Assembly (NCBI RefSeq): GCF_006345805.1 | Contig: NC_043005.1 | Coordinates: 13,082,001 to 13,146,000 of the forward strand | Direction of reading: 5' to 3' | From: Octopus sinensis | Lineage: Eukaryota | DNA length: 64,000 nucleotides | Shown: piece by piece, positions 50,291-63,631 of the stretch | Layout of the letters: every line of letters starts with the position of its first letter | How positions within the stretch are numbered: the first letter of the stretch is position 1 | Notes under the pieces: model-generated | Databases searched by the model: none | Told to the model about the DNA's origin: nothing | The model's input: the letters and a program-made list of their open reading frames with translations, nothing else | Translations under genes and position numbers: made by a program

Positions 50291-52174
50291 GTTAATAGAA
50301 AAAATACCTAGCAAAAACTAGTGCTTTTAAATAATTCAAAAAAAAAAAAATACCCTGTAGTAGTTCTGCTTCCATATTGCACCATTGTAAAGGCAGTGGA
50401 TCAGATACTGTTCTGTTGGAAGCCTGTAACCAACAATGCTGTTGTTCATAAAAAATAATTCATGATTTGTTTGTTTTGCTCATCTAACATTTGTTTTTTC
50501 AAGCTTGTAAGGGTTTAGCTGGCAAATTATTCAAGGCAGGATTTTATGACTGGATACCCCCCCTTTTTTTTTGTTTTTTATTCCACAGATTTTTGAATGC
50601 ACATAGTAACTGGTCATAATGTCAGCAAGGAATATCGCTATTGGTTTCTAATTTTGGCATAAGGCCAGCAATTTCGTGGGAGGAGTTCAAGTAGTATTAA
50701 TGTGGCATATAAATATATACGCATGTTTGCATATATACACACATGAACATAGAAAACTTATATGTGGTGGGCTTCCTGCAGTTTCTGGCCATTAGTTTCA
50801 CTCACTTGACATTGAGTGCCCCTAGCTGTAGTGGAATACATCAAAGGTCCTGTGCAGGAGGCATGAACCTGAAACCATGTGGTTGCAAAGCACTACTTTG
50901 TGTGGTACCCCACACAAAGCACTCCTTTATGTGGTACCCCACCAATCACATAAAGCTACTTGTAGGAAATGGCAAAGTAAACACACACCATTAATGGTAT
51001 ATGAATACATAATTTTAAAATCTTAGTCAGGAAGTAAAAACTTTAAATGGTTTGGTTGTTAAAAATTGAAGTTAACCCAAGTTATAATGGTTTACTTGTT
51101 AGAAATTTGAGTTGACCATGGTTCATATGGTTTGTGATGTAGCTGTTAAAAATCACTGTTGACCTAGGTTTACATGGCTCGCAGTGTGGTTGTTAGAAAT
51201 GGGCACCATTTAATGAGGTATTTTCACAAATGTTATTCCTCTGTTTGGTCGGTAGCTTAAAACATTCTTCATGGATTACTACAATGTTATTTTTGTTGAA
51301 AGTCCAAGAATGCAAGCTACGCTGGTGGGGATATTATTTGGTATATTTAGACTGATGTCAATAGGTTCCTTCCAAGAACATATTAGACTTCATGCCAAAT
51401 TTTTTTTTCTATTTATTTATTTATTTATTTGCTTGGTTATTCGTCTGCTGCTACTTGCAGTGTACCAAAAGAATTTATATTTTTTACATTTTTATTTTAT
51501 TTTATTTTATTTTTTTTTAAATAGGCCAGTAATTTCTTTTTAACCACTCAAAATGTTTCTTTTTGTTTATTTATCAACTGGCTTTACTCAGAAACCACAC
51601 CCACTCTTGGAGTGATGTGGTTTTTTTGCTATCGGTACGGCAACCACATCCGATACCTTTCACTGCTTCCTAGCTCCAATTTCAGACCCCACCTTATTTT
51701 ATCATGTTGCATCAGCTGATATTCACATCTACATCTTCATTACAATTCTGTTATAAATATATTTATTTATTTTCCTGTTGCATCTGCCTCAGATTCCTTT
51801 AGTTTGGGAACTCTGTCTCCTTATTTCTCTCTCCCTAAATTGCAAAGATATAAAGAATTGCAAAACAGCTCACCACATCAGGCAATGGAGCATCCTTTAC
51901 ACATTACTTTCATGAAGATACCATTTGTTCATTATACCTCTTACTTCGTATTTGTTTTTTCATATTCTGTGAAATTTTGTTGTCAGGGCCCAAAAATTTA
52001 ATTGCTGCAAGGTGTGAAAAAAAAAAAAAGAAAAAGAGAAAAGGAAAAATGATATTTTTGACCACTTTTCAAAAATTTGTTTTTCTTCAGAAAAATGACT
52101 TGAGAAAAAAGTAGCATCAGTTTTCATGATATCTTTCTTAATTATCTTAATATCAGAGTTGCTTTTAAGGCAAT

Positions 52175-52630
52175 GAGCCGGCAGAAACATTAGCACGCTG
52201 GGCAAAATGCTTAGTAGTATTTCGTCTGCTATTATAGTCTGAGTTCAAATTCCGCCGAGGTTGACTTTGCCTTTCATCCTTTCGGGGTCGATAAATTAAG
52301 TACCAGTTACGCACTGGGTTCGATGTAATCGACTTAATCTTCTTGTCTGTCCTTGTTTGTCCCCTCTATGTTTAGCCCCTTGTGGGCAATAAAGAAATAA
52401 GAAACTGAAAGAATAAGGCGTCGAGCTGGCAGAAATGTTAGCACGCTAGGTGAAATGCTTAGCGGTATTTCGTCTGCCATTATATTCTGAGTTCAAATTC
52501 TGCCAAGGTTGACTTTGCCTTTCATCCTTTCGGGGTCGATAAATTAAGTACCAGTTGCATACTGGGGTCGATCTAATCGACTGGCCTCCTCCCCAAAAAT
52601 TTTGGGCCGTGTGCCTAGAGTAGAAAAGAA
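52175..52630 (+). mobile_element. Two head-to-tail SINE B copies with different tails (B1, B2)
   Basis: The first ends GCAATAAAGAAATA and the second ends CCTAGAGTAGAAAAGAAT. Confidence 0.8.
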
Positions 52631-52892
52631 TACCTTCGTTGTTTTTAATAATTAACAATTTTTTGGCATATAGTCATTAGTTTCCTCATACAGGGTCACT
52701 TTTGGGAATGTATTTACTACTATATGTTACCTTAGTCCAACTAATACTTTGTGAGTGAATTTGGTCATGAAGACCCCCCACAGGTGAAACTTAGACTAGC
52801 AAGATACTGACTCAACCATGTTTGCTTCTTGTCTTGGCAACATGTGATTGTTGTAAATGATTGTCATTCATTTACAATATTCCGTGAAAATA

Positions 52893-53123
52893 AGGTGACG
52901 AGCTGGCAGAAACATTAGCACACTGGGCGAAATGCATAGCCGTATTTCGTCTGCCGTTACGTTCTGAGTTCAAATTCCGCCGAGGTCAACTTTGCCTTTC
53001 ATCCTTTCAGGGTCGATAAATTAAGTACCAGTTACTCACTGGGGTCGATATAATCGACTTAATCATTTGTCTGTTCTTGTTTGTCCCCTTTGTGTTTATC
53101 CCCTTGTGGGTAGTAAAGAAATA
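52893..53123 (+). mobile_element. SINE family B with 17-bp TSD
   Basis: TSD AATATTCCGTGAAAATA at 52876..52892 and 53124..53140. Confidence 0.9.
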
Positions 53124-53959
53124 AATATTCCGTGAAAATATGTCTGCCCATAGGAAAATATTACCCTTTTTGGAAGCAGTCAAGGGTTGGTGACAGAAAG
53201 GGCATCTGGCTATAGAAAATCTGCCTTGGTAAATCCTCCTTTCTGAGCTGGCATGAAAGAAGTGGATGATGATGATTGTGTGTGGGCATGCATAGTGTGT
53301 TTGCAATAAAGTTTACATTCTCTTGCCTTAGTGAACTTTTTTGACAGTTCTTTGTCAAGAGATCACCTGCTGTCTTTGCTTTGATGAACATGTATTGAGT
53401 AAAAAAAAAAAAAAACCTCACTTGAAAAACAGGTTAGGGTTAGTGACGGGAAGAGCATCTAGCTGTAAAAAAAACAGTGCTTTGATATGATGTCTTCAAC
53501 TGACCCTGGCTTGCAAAGAAAATAAATACATCCCTGTAACTTAGTGGTTCAGTAAAAGAAATCAATAGAATGAGGACCAGGCTTAAACAAACAAGTACTG
53601 ACATCGGACTAAAAAAATCTTAATGGTGGTGCCCAAGCATGACCACCCCCAGGCAAATAACTGAAACAGGTAGGAAGATAAAAGATTATAACCAGGATTA
53701 TCCGTTTGTCATTCTTTTTGGATTAACCAGTCAATCATTCCTTTTCAAAACCAACTGTTAGGATTTTGATTTGGGGATACTTTTAGCTGCCATTTTAAGC
53801 AGTGACTACATGGGGTGGGGGGTCCCCCCATTGGCTCATTATTTCCTGGTTGCTGTGTAAGATCCAGGTATAGATATTTGCACAGATATTTGACATTGAA
53901 AGATTAGGTGTGAGAGGCTGAATATTTGGGCTGGATATGACTGGTTTTAAATGCTAAAG

Positions 53960-54652
53960 TAGGGGTTCTCAACCATTTTTTATCTATGGACCCCTTTGAT
54001 TACTAATTTATTCTGGTGGACCCCCATAGCCATTCAATGTTTAAAAGTTAGTTTTGAAGAAACCTCTTTCAAAATTCCTGTTTTGTTTTTCACACATTAA
54101 CTTGTGTAGGTTGAACTATGTAAAATGTCAGAGAACGAAACCTATCTGTTTCTTGCAATACATACCAATATATACATCAAAAGCACAATTTTTTCTGGGG
54201 CCCTTAAAATACTGTTTGTTTGTTACTTCTCGAGCCATGCCTGGCTCATAAGGGCCGGTTTCCCGGTTTCTTGGCATATAGGTTCTTCACCTGGACGGGA
54301 TGCCGGTCCATCGCAGGTGAGCTGCAAGATGCAGGAGGAAAGAGTGAGAGAAAGTTGTGGTGAAAGAGTCAGCAGAAGTTTCGCCATTACCTTCTGCCGG
54401 AGCCACATGGAGCTTAGGTGTTTTTACTTATAAACACACACATCACCCAGTCTGAGATTTGAACCCGCGATCCCTCGACTGCGAGTCCGCTGCTCTAACC
54501 ACTAGGCCATGTGCCTCCACTTAAAATACTGTTGTGGATCCTCAATTTACTATTTTGTTGCATGGACCTCCCACCACCTGGAATTATATATGGACCCCCC
54601 CCACACACACACACATGCAAGGGGCCATATGGACTCTGGTTGAGAACTACTG
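53960..54652. mobile_element. hAT (Charlie/Buster-like) MITE
   Basis: TIR TAGGGGTTCTCAACC / GGTTGAGAACTACTG; 8-bp TSD TGCTAAAG (nnnTAnnn) at 53952..53959 and 54653..54660. A fragment of the same family lies near 49425..49466. Confidence 0.85.
54217..54519 (-). mobile_element. SINE family I nested in the hAT MITE, 14-bp TSD
   Basis: TSD CTTAAAATACTGTT at 54203..54216 and 54520..54533; (AACA)n tail. Confidence 0.9.
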
Positions 54653-54666
54653 TGCTAAAGGGTTAA

Positions 54667-54887
54667 CCCTTTCGTTACCGTATTTCTATTGAGATGCTCT
54701 GTGTTTCTTCTAATAATTTTAAATATAACTAAGAATTTAGTAAAATAACATCGTTATCATTAAGCTAGTGTTAGGAACATAAATTGTGACTAAGGTTTGG
54801 TGAAAGATTTTAATTCATAACTTATGAAAACAAGACATTTGTACTAAAGAGCCAGAGCCGGTTTCAGCCGGGTTGGTAACGAAAGGG
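54667..54887. mobile_element. piggyBac-like TTAA MITE family G
   Basis: Perfect 13-bp TIR CCCTTTCGTTACC / GGTAACGAAAGGG, with TTAA at 54663-66 and 54888-91. Confidence 0.9.
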
Positions 54888-55321
54888 TTAAAAGGGTACA
54901 ATGTTGTTGGAAGGAAATTTGGTTGCTATTTTGAAGCTGGTTGAGTAACCATGTATGGATTCACTGTTGAAAAACTTTAGAGTTAGTGGTCGCTTAATTA
55001 TTCTCCTTGTAGCTAACATATATCTTGTATTCTCCTCTCTTTCTCTCTCTCTCTCTTCAGCCTCTCACCCATTTTTGTCACTCTCCTTTATATCTTTACA
55101 TTCACCACCACCCCGCCAGCTCTTCCTTCCTTCCTTCCTTCCTTCCAGCTTGGCCCAACACTTTATTTAGAGCACAACAAATGCTTTATTGTTTGAAAGC
55201 TCATGTGTGGTTCTCTTTGTGTTTGTTTATGTGTTTATATGAGTGGATGTTTATATGTGTGTGTTATTCTGTTGAACATCACTGCCAATTCATCTCACAA
55301 GGTCTGTTTGTGTATATTGGC

Positions 55322-55410
55322 GTGTATATACATGTGTATATACATGTGTATATACATGTGTATATACATGTGTATATACATGTGTATATACATGTGTATA
55401 TACATGTGTA
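55322..55410. repeat. 12-bp tandem repeat (GTGTATATACAT)n, ~7 copies
   Basis: Seen directly. Confidence 0.9.
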
Positions 55411-55597
55411 TGTCAGGGCACTCCATTCCTCCTCTACCTCTAACTTCATAAGTTGTCTGGAATTCATTCTAAACAACAAATATATTAATTTGAATAGTCT
55501 AAATAATGCTCTGTGGTGAATGAATTAATCCAGTTTATAAGCATGTGCACTGTTATACAAATTATACCAGACCTCTTTAACTGTATCCTAGTTTGTA

Positions 55598-55907
55598 TAT
55601 ATTATCACCGTGACCGACCAGGCTATCGGATGTTGCTACACATCGCTGGTCACAATGCGCTTCGCATTGTTTTAGCCTTCAAATGACGCCACCCCGCTGG
55701 CTAAGCGAGCAGGCCGACAGAAGAAAGAGTGAGAGAAAGTTGTGGCAAAAGAGTACAGCAGGGATCGCCACCACCACCCTGCCGGAGCCTCGTGGTGCTT
55801 TAGGTGTTTTCGCTCAATAAACACTCACAACGCCCGGTCTGGGAATCGAAACCGCAATCCTACAACCACGAGTCCGCTGCCCTAACCACTGGGCCATTGC
55901 GCCTCCA
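55598..55907 (-). mobile_element. SINE with family I head and core but a different 3' tail
   Basis: Head TGGAGGCGCAATGGCCCAGTGGTTAGGGCAGCGG. The tail is shared with the C-core element at ~13049..13340. Confidence 0.75.
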
Positions 55908-56091
55908 TATATATATTATATACATAGTAATAGCTCTATTATCTCTCTCTGGACAGAAGAAAAGTATTTGATGAAGATCTAACAAGACTAGAAACTGGTC
56001 AGGTCTCTGTCTTTCTCTCTCTATCTCTTTTTTTGTTTTGTTTTTTTTTTTTCACAGAGTATAAAAATTTGTGATGTAAAAATTTGTGACA

Positions 56092-56483
56092 CAGGAGTGG
56101 CTGTGTGGTAAGTAGCTTGTTTACCAACCACATGGTTCCGGGTTCAGTCCCACTGCGTGGCACCTTGGGCAAGTGTCTTCTACGATGACCTCGGGCTGAC
56201 CAAAGCCTTGTGAGTGGATTTAGTAGATGGAAACTGAAAGAAGCCCGTCGTATATATGTATATATATATATATATTTGTGTGTGTGTTTGTCCACCCAAC
56301 ACCGCTTGACAACCGATGCTGGTGTGTTTACGGCCCTGTAACTTAGCAGTTCGGCAAAAGAGACCGATAGAATAAGTACTAGGCTTACAAAGAATAAGTC
56401 CTGGGGTCGTTTTGCTCGACTAAAGGCGGTACTCCAGCATGGCCACAGTCAAATGACTGAAACAAGTAAAAAAGTAAAGAGTA
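56092..56483 (+). mobile_element. SINE family A
   Basis: Matches the family A consensus. Confidence 0.85.
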
Positions 56484-56902
56484 ACCGCTTTGTGTACTAT
56501 ACATAGTACACAACATGATAAACATTTTATGTTTATCAAAAACCAGAATATCTTGCATTTCAAATTATCCAACCTGTTATTCACTGAAGTGCTAGAGATG
56601 TAGTAATGTTCTCAACATGGCTATAAAGGGCTACTGATCACGCATATTTGCTCAATCAGCAGCCCCTATAAAATGAGGGTCATACATATGAATAATGATG
56701 AGTGGGACATGTGATATCCAACAGTTATTTTCTAGGATGATCTTAGTTCATATCTTGTATTTATTCTGTTATTAGACTTTAGCCACGCTGGGACCACTGC
56801 CTTGAATGGTTTGGTTGAACACATTGACCCCCCACCCCATCACCCTGCCAGGATCTATTTTTTTCAAGTCTGGTACTTATGGTCAGCACCTTTCACCATA
56901 TT

Positions 56903-57130
56903 TATTTCTTTACTACCCACAAGAGGCTACACACACAGGGGACAAACAAGGACAGACAAACGGATTAAGTCGATTATATCGACCCCAGTGCGTAACTGGT
57001 ACTTAATTTATCGACCCCGAAAGGATGAAAGGCAAAGTCGACCTCGGCGGAATTTGAACTCAGAACATAGCGGCAGACGAAATACTGCTAAGCATTTCAT
57101 CCGGCGTGCTAACGATTCTGCCAGCTCGCC
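56903..57130 (-). mobile_element. SINE family B inserted in a diverged SINE A (~56770..57797)
   Basis: Full-length B with family A sequence on both sides. Confidence 0.85.
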
Positions 57131-57700
57131 GTATTGCTAAGTTATGGGGATGTAAACAAACCAGCACTAGTGGTCAAGTGATGGTAGGAAGACAATCACA
57201 AACTCAATGATGTGCACACACACACACACACACACACACGCTCACATACACGTGCACACACATCTGATACACAGTTTTTGTGTATCGAATTAACTCATAA
57301 GGCATCCATTGTCCTAGAGCTCGCCGTATTGCTAAGTTATGGGGATGTAAACAAACCAGCACTAGTGGTCAAGTGATGGTAGGAAGACAATCACAAACTC
57401 AATGATGTGCACACACACACACACACACACACACGCTCACATACACGTGCACACACATCTGATACACAGTTTTTGTGTATCGAATTAACTCATAAGGCAT
57501 CCATTGTCCTAGAGCTCGCCGTATTGCTAAGTTATGGGGATGTAAACAAACCAACACTGGTGGTCAAGTGATGGTAGGAAGACAATCACAAACTCAATGA
57601 TGTGCACACACACACACACACGCTCACATACACGTGCACACACATCTGATACACAGTTTTTGTGTATCGAATTTACTCATAAGGCATCCATTGACCTAGA
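57124..57700. repeat. Tandem triplication of a ~195-bp unit
   Basis: Units are 57124..57318, 57319..57513 and 57514..57700. Confidence 0.95.
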
Positions 57701-57940
57701 GCTTTAGTAGAAGACACTTGCTTAAGGTATTGTACAGTGGGATTGAACCTGAAACCTCATGGTTGCAAAACAAGCTTCTTAACCACACAGCCATGCCTTC
57801 ATCTATGTTAGAGAAATAGAATTTACCTATTTATTTACAGATATTCTTTTAGTCTTTAACTGGTTTCAATGATCAGTTTGCCAGCATGCTGGAACAACAG
57901 TTTTAATTGGTTATATCAATGGCATTATTTTGTCTGTACT

Positions 57941-58377
57941 AAGGTGGCGAGCTGGCAGAAGTGTTAGCATGCTGCGCGAAATGCTTAGCGGTATTTCGTC
58001 TGTTTTTATGTTCTGAGTTCAAATTCCGTCGGAGTCAACTTTGCCTTTCATCCTTTCAGCGCTGATAAATTAAGCACCAGTTGTGTACTGAGGTCAATCT
58101 AATCGACTGACCCTCTCCCACAAAATTTTGAGCCTTGTGCCTAGAGTAGAAAAGAATATTCAAGGCGGTGAGCTGGCAGAAACGTTAGCATGCCAGGCGA
58201 AATGCTTAGCAGTATTCTGTCTGTCTTTATGTTCTGAGTTCAAATTCTGCCAAGGTCAACTTTGCCTTTCATCTTTTCGTGGTTGATAAATTAAGTACCA
58301 GTTGTGTACCTGGGTCGATCTGATAGACTGACCCACTCCCCCAAAATTTCAAGCCTTGTGTCTAGAGTAGAAAAGAA
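57941..58377 (+). mobile_element. Head-to-tail SINE B2 dimer inside one 15-bp TSD
   Basis: TSD TATTTTGTCTGTACT at 57926..57940 and 58378..58392. Confidence 0.85.
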
Positions 58378-58452
58378 TATTTTGTCTGTACTTATATTTA
58401 TTTGAACAACCTCACGAAAAAGGAGAAGAGCTACATTGACCTGGGTATAAAG

Positions 58453-58747
58453 CAGGGCTGTGGAGTTGAAACAAAAAAACTTTGACTCCGACTCCTGTAC
58501 TATTGGCACTTCCGACTCCGATTCTGACTCTGACTCTCCTATTTATGCAATTAGGTGATTGTGGTCTACATATCTCATAAAGCCTATACATACGCTTGTA
58601 CTCTGAGTAGGCCTCTCTGTTATAACTGGTTTATATTAAAGGATAAAGATATTGTGAGTCGGAATCAGAGTCGGTATAATTTTACCGACTCCAACTCCAG
58701 CTACCCTTCATTGTTTCCGACTCCACGACTCCGACTCCACAGCCCTG
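58453..58747. mobile_element. hAT-like MITE with (GACTCC)n subterminal repeats
   Basis: Perfect 14-bp TIR CAGGGCTGTGGAGT / ACTCCACAGCCCTG; flanking 8-mers GTATAAAG / GTGGAAAG (6 of 8 identical). Confidence 0.8.
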
Positions 58748-59494
58748 GTGGAAAGGTATTTTCATTACTCACACCAGTTTTTTAGTCCCACAGCAATACA
58801 CACACACACACACACACACGACAGGTTTCCTTCCACATAGTTTTCATCCATCAACTTTCACTCTCAAGATTTTAATTGACTCAAGGATCAAAGCGTTGTA
58901 GAAGAAGGACCAAACCCAGAAGGAAAGACAAGGTTACAAAGTGAACTCATTAACCACAAAGCCATGCTTGTGTTTGATGGTTTTTAGTTAATACAAGGTC
59001 AAGTGTTGCTTTCATGTACATTGTAACCTAACACTACTTTGTAAGGGCACTTTGGCTTTCAAAGAATCCCGAGTTGAGTAGGCTTTTAATGGTGTGGTAT
59101 TTTCTCTTCTTAAGATGCTAACCTTTCTTCTTTATACTCCACCTCCTACATTGACATGATTTCTTTAATCATTACTACTGATGCTGGTACTAACAGTCTC
59201 CTATTAACTATAGCCATTGTCACTGCTAATTCACTTTAATCTGCATTGTTTAAATTATCCAAAAGTTTCAGTCATCTGATCTAGTTGGAGTTACCTCTCT
59301 TATGTTTCCTTTTCCTTTTTCTTTCTCCCTTTTTTTCCCTTATATTTTAACTCTTTTGTTAGCATATTTCTGTTGAAATGCACTGTCTTTGTTCCAATTA
59401 ATTTCATAAAACGACTTTGACATGATAAAGCTGGTTTTGGAAACATAAATTAACAGGAAATTTTAATAGATTTTAAATTAGATCACTTTTAAAT

Positions 59495-59898
59495 AGGCGC
59501 AGGAGTGGCTGTGTGGTAAGTAGCTTGCTTACCAACCACACGGTTCCGGGTTCAGTCCCACTGCGTGGCACCTTGGGAAAGTGTCTTCTACTATAGCCTC
59601 AGGCCGACCAAGGCCTTGTGAGTGGATTTGGTAGACGGAAACTGAAAGAAGCCTGTCGTATATATATATATATATATGTATATATATGTATGTGTCTGTG
59701 TTTGTCCCCCCAACATTGCTTGACAACCGATGCTGGTATGTTTATGTCCCCGTTACTTAGTGGTTCGGCAAAAGAGACCGATAGAATAAGTAGTAGGCTT
59801 ACAAAGAATAAGACCTGGGGTCGATTTGCTCGACTAAAAGCTGGTGCTCCAGCATGGCCGCAGTCAAATGACTGAAACAAGTAAAAAGAGTAAAAAGA
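59495..59898 (+). mobile_element. SINE family A inserted in a G-type TTAA MITE (~59347..59963)
   Basis: Full-length A. The flanks read TTAACTCTTTTGTTAG... and ...GTATCGAAAGGGTTAA. Confidence 0.8.
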
Positions 59899-60750
59899 GA
59901 AAGAGGAAGCTTCTAATATAGAACTAGGGACAGTCACAGGCAAATTGGTATCGAAAGGGTTAAACACCCTGAAAATAGTTTTCATCTACTAATTAATTGT
60001 TTGCATTGTCAGCATTAATTAAGGTACATTTGCATAGTTTCATCTTAGATGGCCTCTATCTAAATCATATACCAGTTTTCACCTTTTCCACATTTAACAG
60101 CTACCAGTGTCTCTGTCTGTCTGTCTACCTTCATTGAGTAGATTTATGGCCAAAGATGTTGCAGCCGAGATCACCTCTTCTTTATTTCAGCATTTACTGT
60201 ACATCTAGGCCCACATTGTCTAATACTTGCTTTTTCCCTATTTTTAAGATGGTCAGCAATGATATGAAAGAGGTTGCTGCTGCTGTTTCTAGCAGGTCAA
60301 ACCACCATATGGAAGCTCTCTGTCGCTTACGACGACGAGGGTTCCGGTTGATCCGATCAACGGAACAGCCTGCTCGTGAAATTAACGTGTAAGTGGCTGA
60401 GCACTCCACAGACACGTGTACCCTTAACGTAGTTCTCGGGGATATTCAGCATGACACAGAGAGTGACAAGGCCGGCCCTTTGAAATACAGGTACAACAGA
60501 AACAGGAAGTAAGAGTGAGAGAGAGTTGTGGTGAAAGAGTACAGCAGGTGCTGTTTGTGGAGCGTACCATTGATAAAGGTAGATTAGTGAAGAGATTATT
60601 TCAAGACATTGAATCAAATACCTGAGTTGATATACACTGTCCTACTGCAAACTTGTTCATTCTGTGTCATTTGAACCACTTCTACTGATTGTGGTATCAG
60701 CACTCTCTTGTTATTGTCTGCACTAATAATGCGCTCTCGTCTTTTTGTAT

Positions 60751-61153
60751 TCTATTCTTTTATTCTTTTACTTGTTTCAGTCATGCTGGAGCACCGCCTT
60801 TAATCAAGCAACTCGACCCCGGGACTTATTCTTTTGTAAGCCCAGTACTTATTCTATCGGTCTCTTTTGCCGAACCGCTAAGTAACGGGGACATAAACAC
60901 ACCAGCATCGGTTGTCAAGCAATGCTAGGGGGACAAACACAGACACACAAACACACACACGCATATATATATATATATATACATATATACGACGGGCTTC
61001 TTTCAGTTTCATTCTACCAAATCCACTCACAAGGCCTTGGTCGGCCCGAGGCTATAGTAGAAGACACTTGTCCAAGGTACCACGCAGTGGGACTGAACCC
61101 GGAACCATGTGGTTGGTAAACAAGCTACCTACCACACAGCCACTCCTGTGCCT
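60751..61153 (-). mobile_element. SINE family A
   Basis: Matches the family A consensus, with a small deletion near the tail. Confidence 0.85.
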
Positions 61154-62390
61154 ATGGTATGGTTCAAAAATTTTGATGAGCAAATCTTATTGGAGTCATA
61201 TTCATTGCTTGTAGTTTTTAGAAGTTAATCAGTCCTGACTAATTATGTAAATGAACATCAAAAATTCGAATGGTAATTGTAGTTAAGACACCAGTGCTGG
61301 TGACACATAAAAGCACTGTTTGAGCGTAGCAGTTACTAGCGTCGCCTGACTGGCGTCCGTGTTGGTGACATGTAAAAGCACCAACCGATTGTGGCCGTTT
61401 GCCAGCCTGCGCTGGCTCCTGTGCCGGTGGCACATAAAAAACATCCACTACGCTCACGGAGTGGTTGGCGTTAAGAAGGGCATCCAGCTGTAGAAACACT
61501 GCCAGATCAGACTGGAGCCTGGTGCAGCCTCCATGGCTTACCAGACCCCGGTCGAACCGTCCAACCCAAGCAAGCATGGAAAACAGACGTTAAATGATGA
61601 TGATGTCAGCTGACTGAAATGGAAAACACCTGAATTCTGTTAGCCATCCTTGGATGTTGATTTGATAAAGTCTAAACTTCAAATCTCATCCCTTATAGCA
61701 ACAGGACTGTTGTCAATTAACAGGTGTAGATGTGTTCAAATTTCCTCTTCAGCCACAAGATTACTCTTCATTATGTGGTATATGAAATAAGATGGCATTG
61801 GTATGGATCCAAGTCTAAACATATTAGTCATTTACATTTCATAGTATAGGTACTAGATTGGCTCTGTGACTAAGAGGTTTGCTTCTCAGCTACATATTTC
61901 AGGTTTAATTCCACTGTATGATACCATGGATAAGTTTTTTACTGAGATCCTGGGCCCACCAAAGCCTTGTAAATGTAATTGGCAGATGGAAATGGAAAGC
62001 CTATTATGTATGTATGTGTGTGTATGTGTCTCTATAAACAAGTGTCAACATCATGCAAGTGCTGTCATCTATTTCCAATCTTCTATCAAAATAAGTCCAA
62101 CTACGGAGAAATATCATCTTGCTTGAAAACAGGTAAGGTTTGGCAACAGGGAGGGCATCAGGCTGCAGAATATCTGCCTCAACAAATTCCGTCTGACCAT
62201 GCAAGCATGGAAAAGTGCACATTAAAATGATGATGATGATAACAATGAACACAACTTGCACATTATAACTTATTGATGACTATAAGTTTTGTGGTTGTTC
62301 CGTTTTATATGATGACATGTAACAGCTACACTTTGAAGATGTTTTGTTTCTTAGCAAAACAAACCTGCCCATTAGTTTTACTTCATATTA

Positions 62391-62923
62391 TCTCTATATT
62401 TATAAACGGCAAAATGTCTGTATATCTGTGTGTCCTTTGTACAAATCCACAGTTTTTGACGTAAAAGGCTCGCATTTTCTATGGGCTTTCAAAACTGTCT
62501 GAGGGTGGTCGGGAAGATCTTTTCATTTCCCCAGTCACCCCAGAAAGCCATTAAAAAAATCGATAAACCGACCCTTTATGCCCATAACTTATGGGCATGT
62601 CCAATCAAAATCGCTAAAACATAGAAATTCGTACGCGGTGCATGCGTACAGCTAGATACGCTAGTAGACTGCCAGCTGTTTTTTGATTGGACGGAGATAA
62701 TTTTACCCTTGACAGTTGAATGCACGTGCACATTTGCAGACAGTCTGTATGACTCAGCGCATTTTGTGTTTTGGCTTTCAAACATGCACGCTTTTTTGAT
62801 TTGAGAAATGCAGGGAATGATTAACGAGTTAGACCAAGTGAATGACAACAGAGCGTAATTTTCATGAAAGACCAAATATGCTTCACTAGCACTAGACCTG
62901 GCAACGCCGGGTCATTTTGCTAG
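62391..62923 (+). mobile_element. Non-autonomous Helitron
   Basis: A|TC 5' end (TCTCTATATTTATAAA...GTCTG), 3' hairpin ACCTGGC-AAC-GCCGGGT (62896..62912), then CTAG|T. It sits between A and T with no TSD. Confidence 0.8.
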
Positions 62924-63117
62924 TCAACCACATAAAACAGCTGTGCATCATTTTCACCATTTACACTTCCATTTTATTCTTACCTTCAAAAACTCATCCT
63001 TTAGTATTTCTGTTTCAAACCTCCCCGATTGCTTTCAGAAAATTTTGATATCCAGTGCTTCTCTTGCACAAAAGTAATTTTTAAATTTTGGTGTTTCAAG
63101 TAATGAATTGGGTAAAA

Positions 63118-63446
63118 AGGGTAAAGATCCCCATTGGTCATGAATGACTGGGTTTGCACCTAGAAAGTTCCCCTCTGAGGCACAAGTCCGGGCAAGGTTG
63201 TTTATGGAAGACTAGCAGTCACCCATGCATACTAGCCTCGCCTCTCCACGCCACCGATGTTACCCAAGAGAAAGGCAAAGGCTGATATGGCTCGGCACTA
63301 GTGATGCTGCGACTCATTTCTACAGCTGGTTGAACTGAAGCAATGTGAAATAAAGTGTCTTGCTCAAGAACACAGCACATAACCCAATCTGAGAATTGAA
63401 CTCACTACCTCATGATTGTGAGCCTGACACTCTAACCACTAAGCCA
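63118..63446 (-). mobile_element. SINE family C, diverged
   Basis: Reverse complement of 31237..31575. Confidence 0.75.
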
Positions 63447-63631
63447 AACTATACATAATTACACACACACACACATTATGTCAAAAGAATTTAGAGACTT
63501 CAAGAGAATGAAATAAATCATTTTTAATGGTGATACTCAAAGTAGATAAAGCTATAAATATTTATTTATCACCATGATAGATCCGTTGCCACTATACACA
63601 TTTTTTTCTCTCCTTGTTTCTTTCTGTGTTT

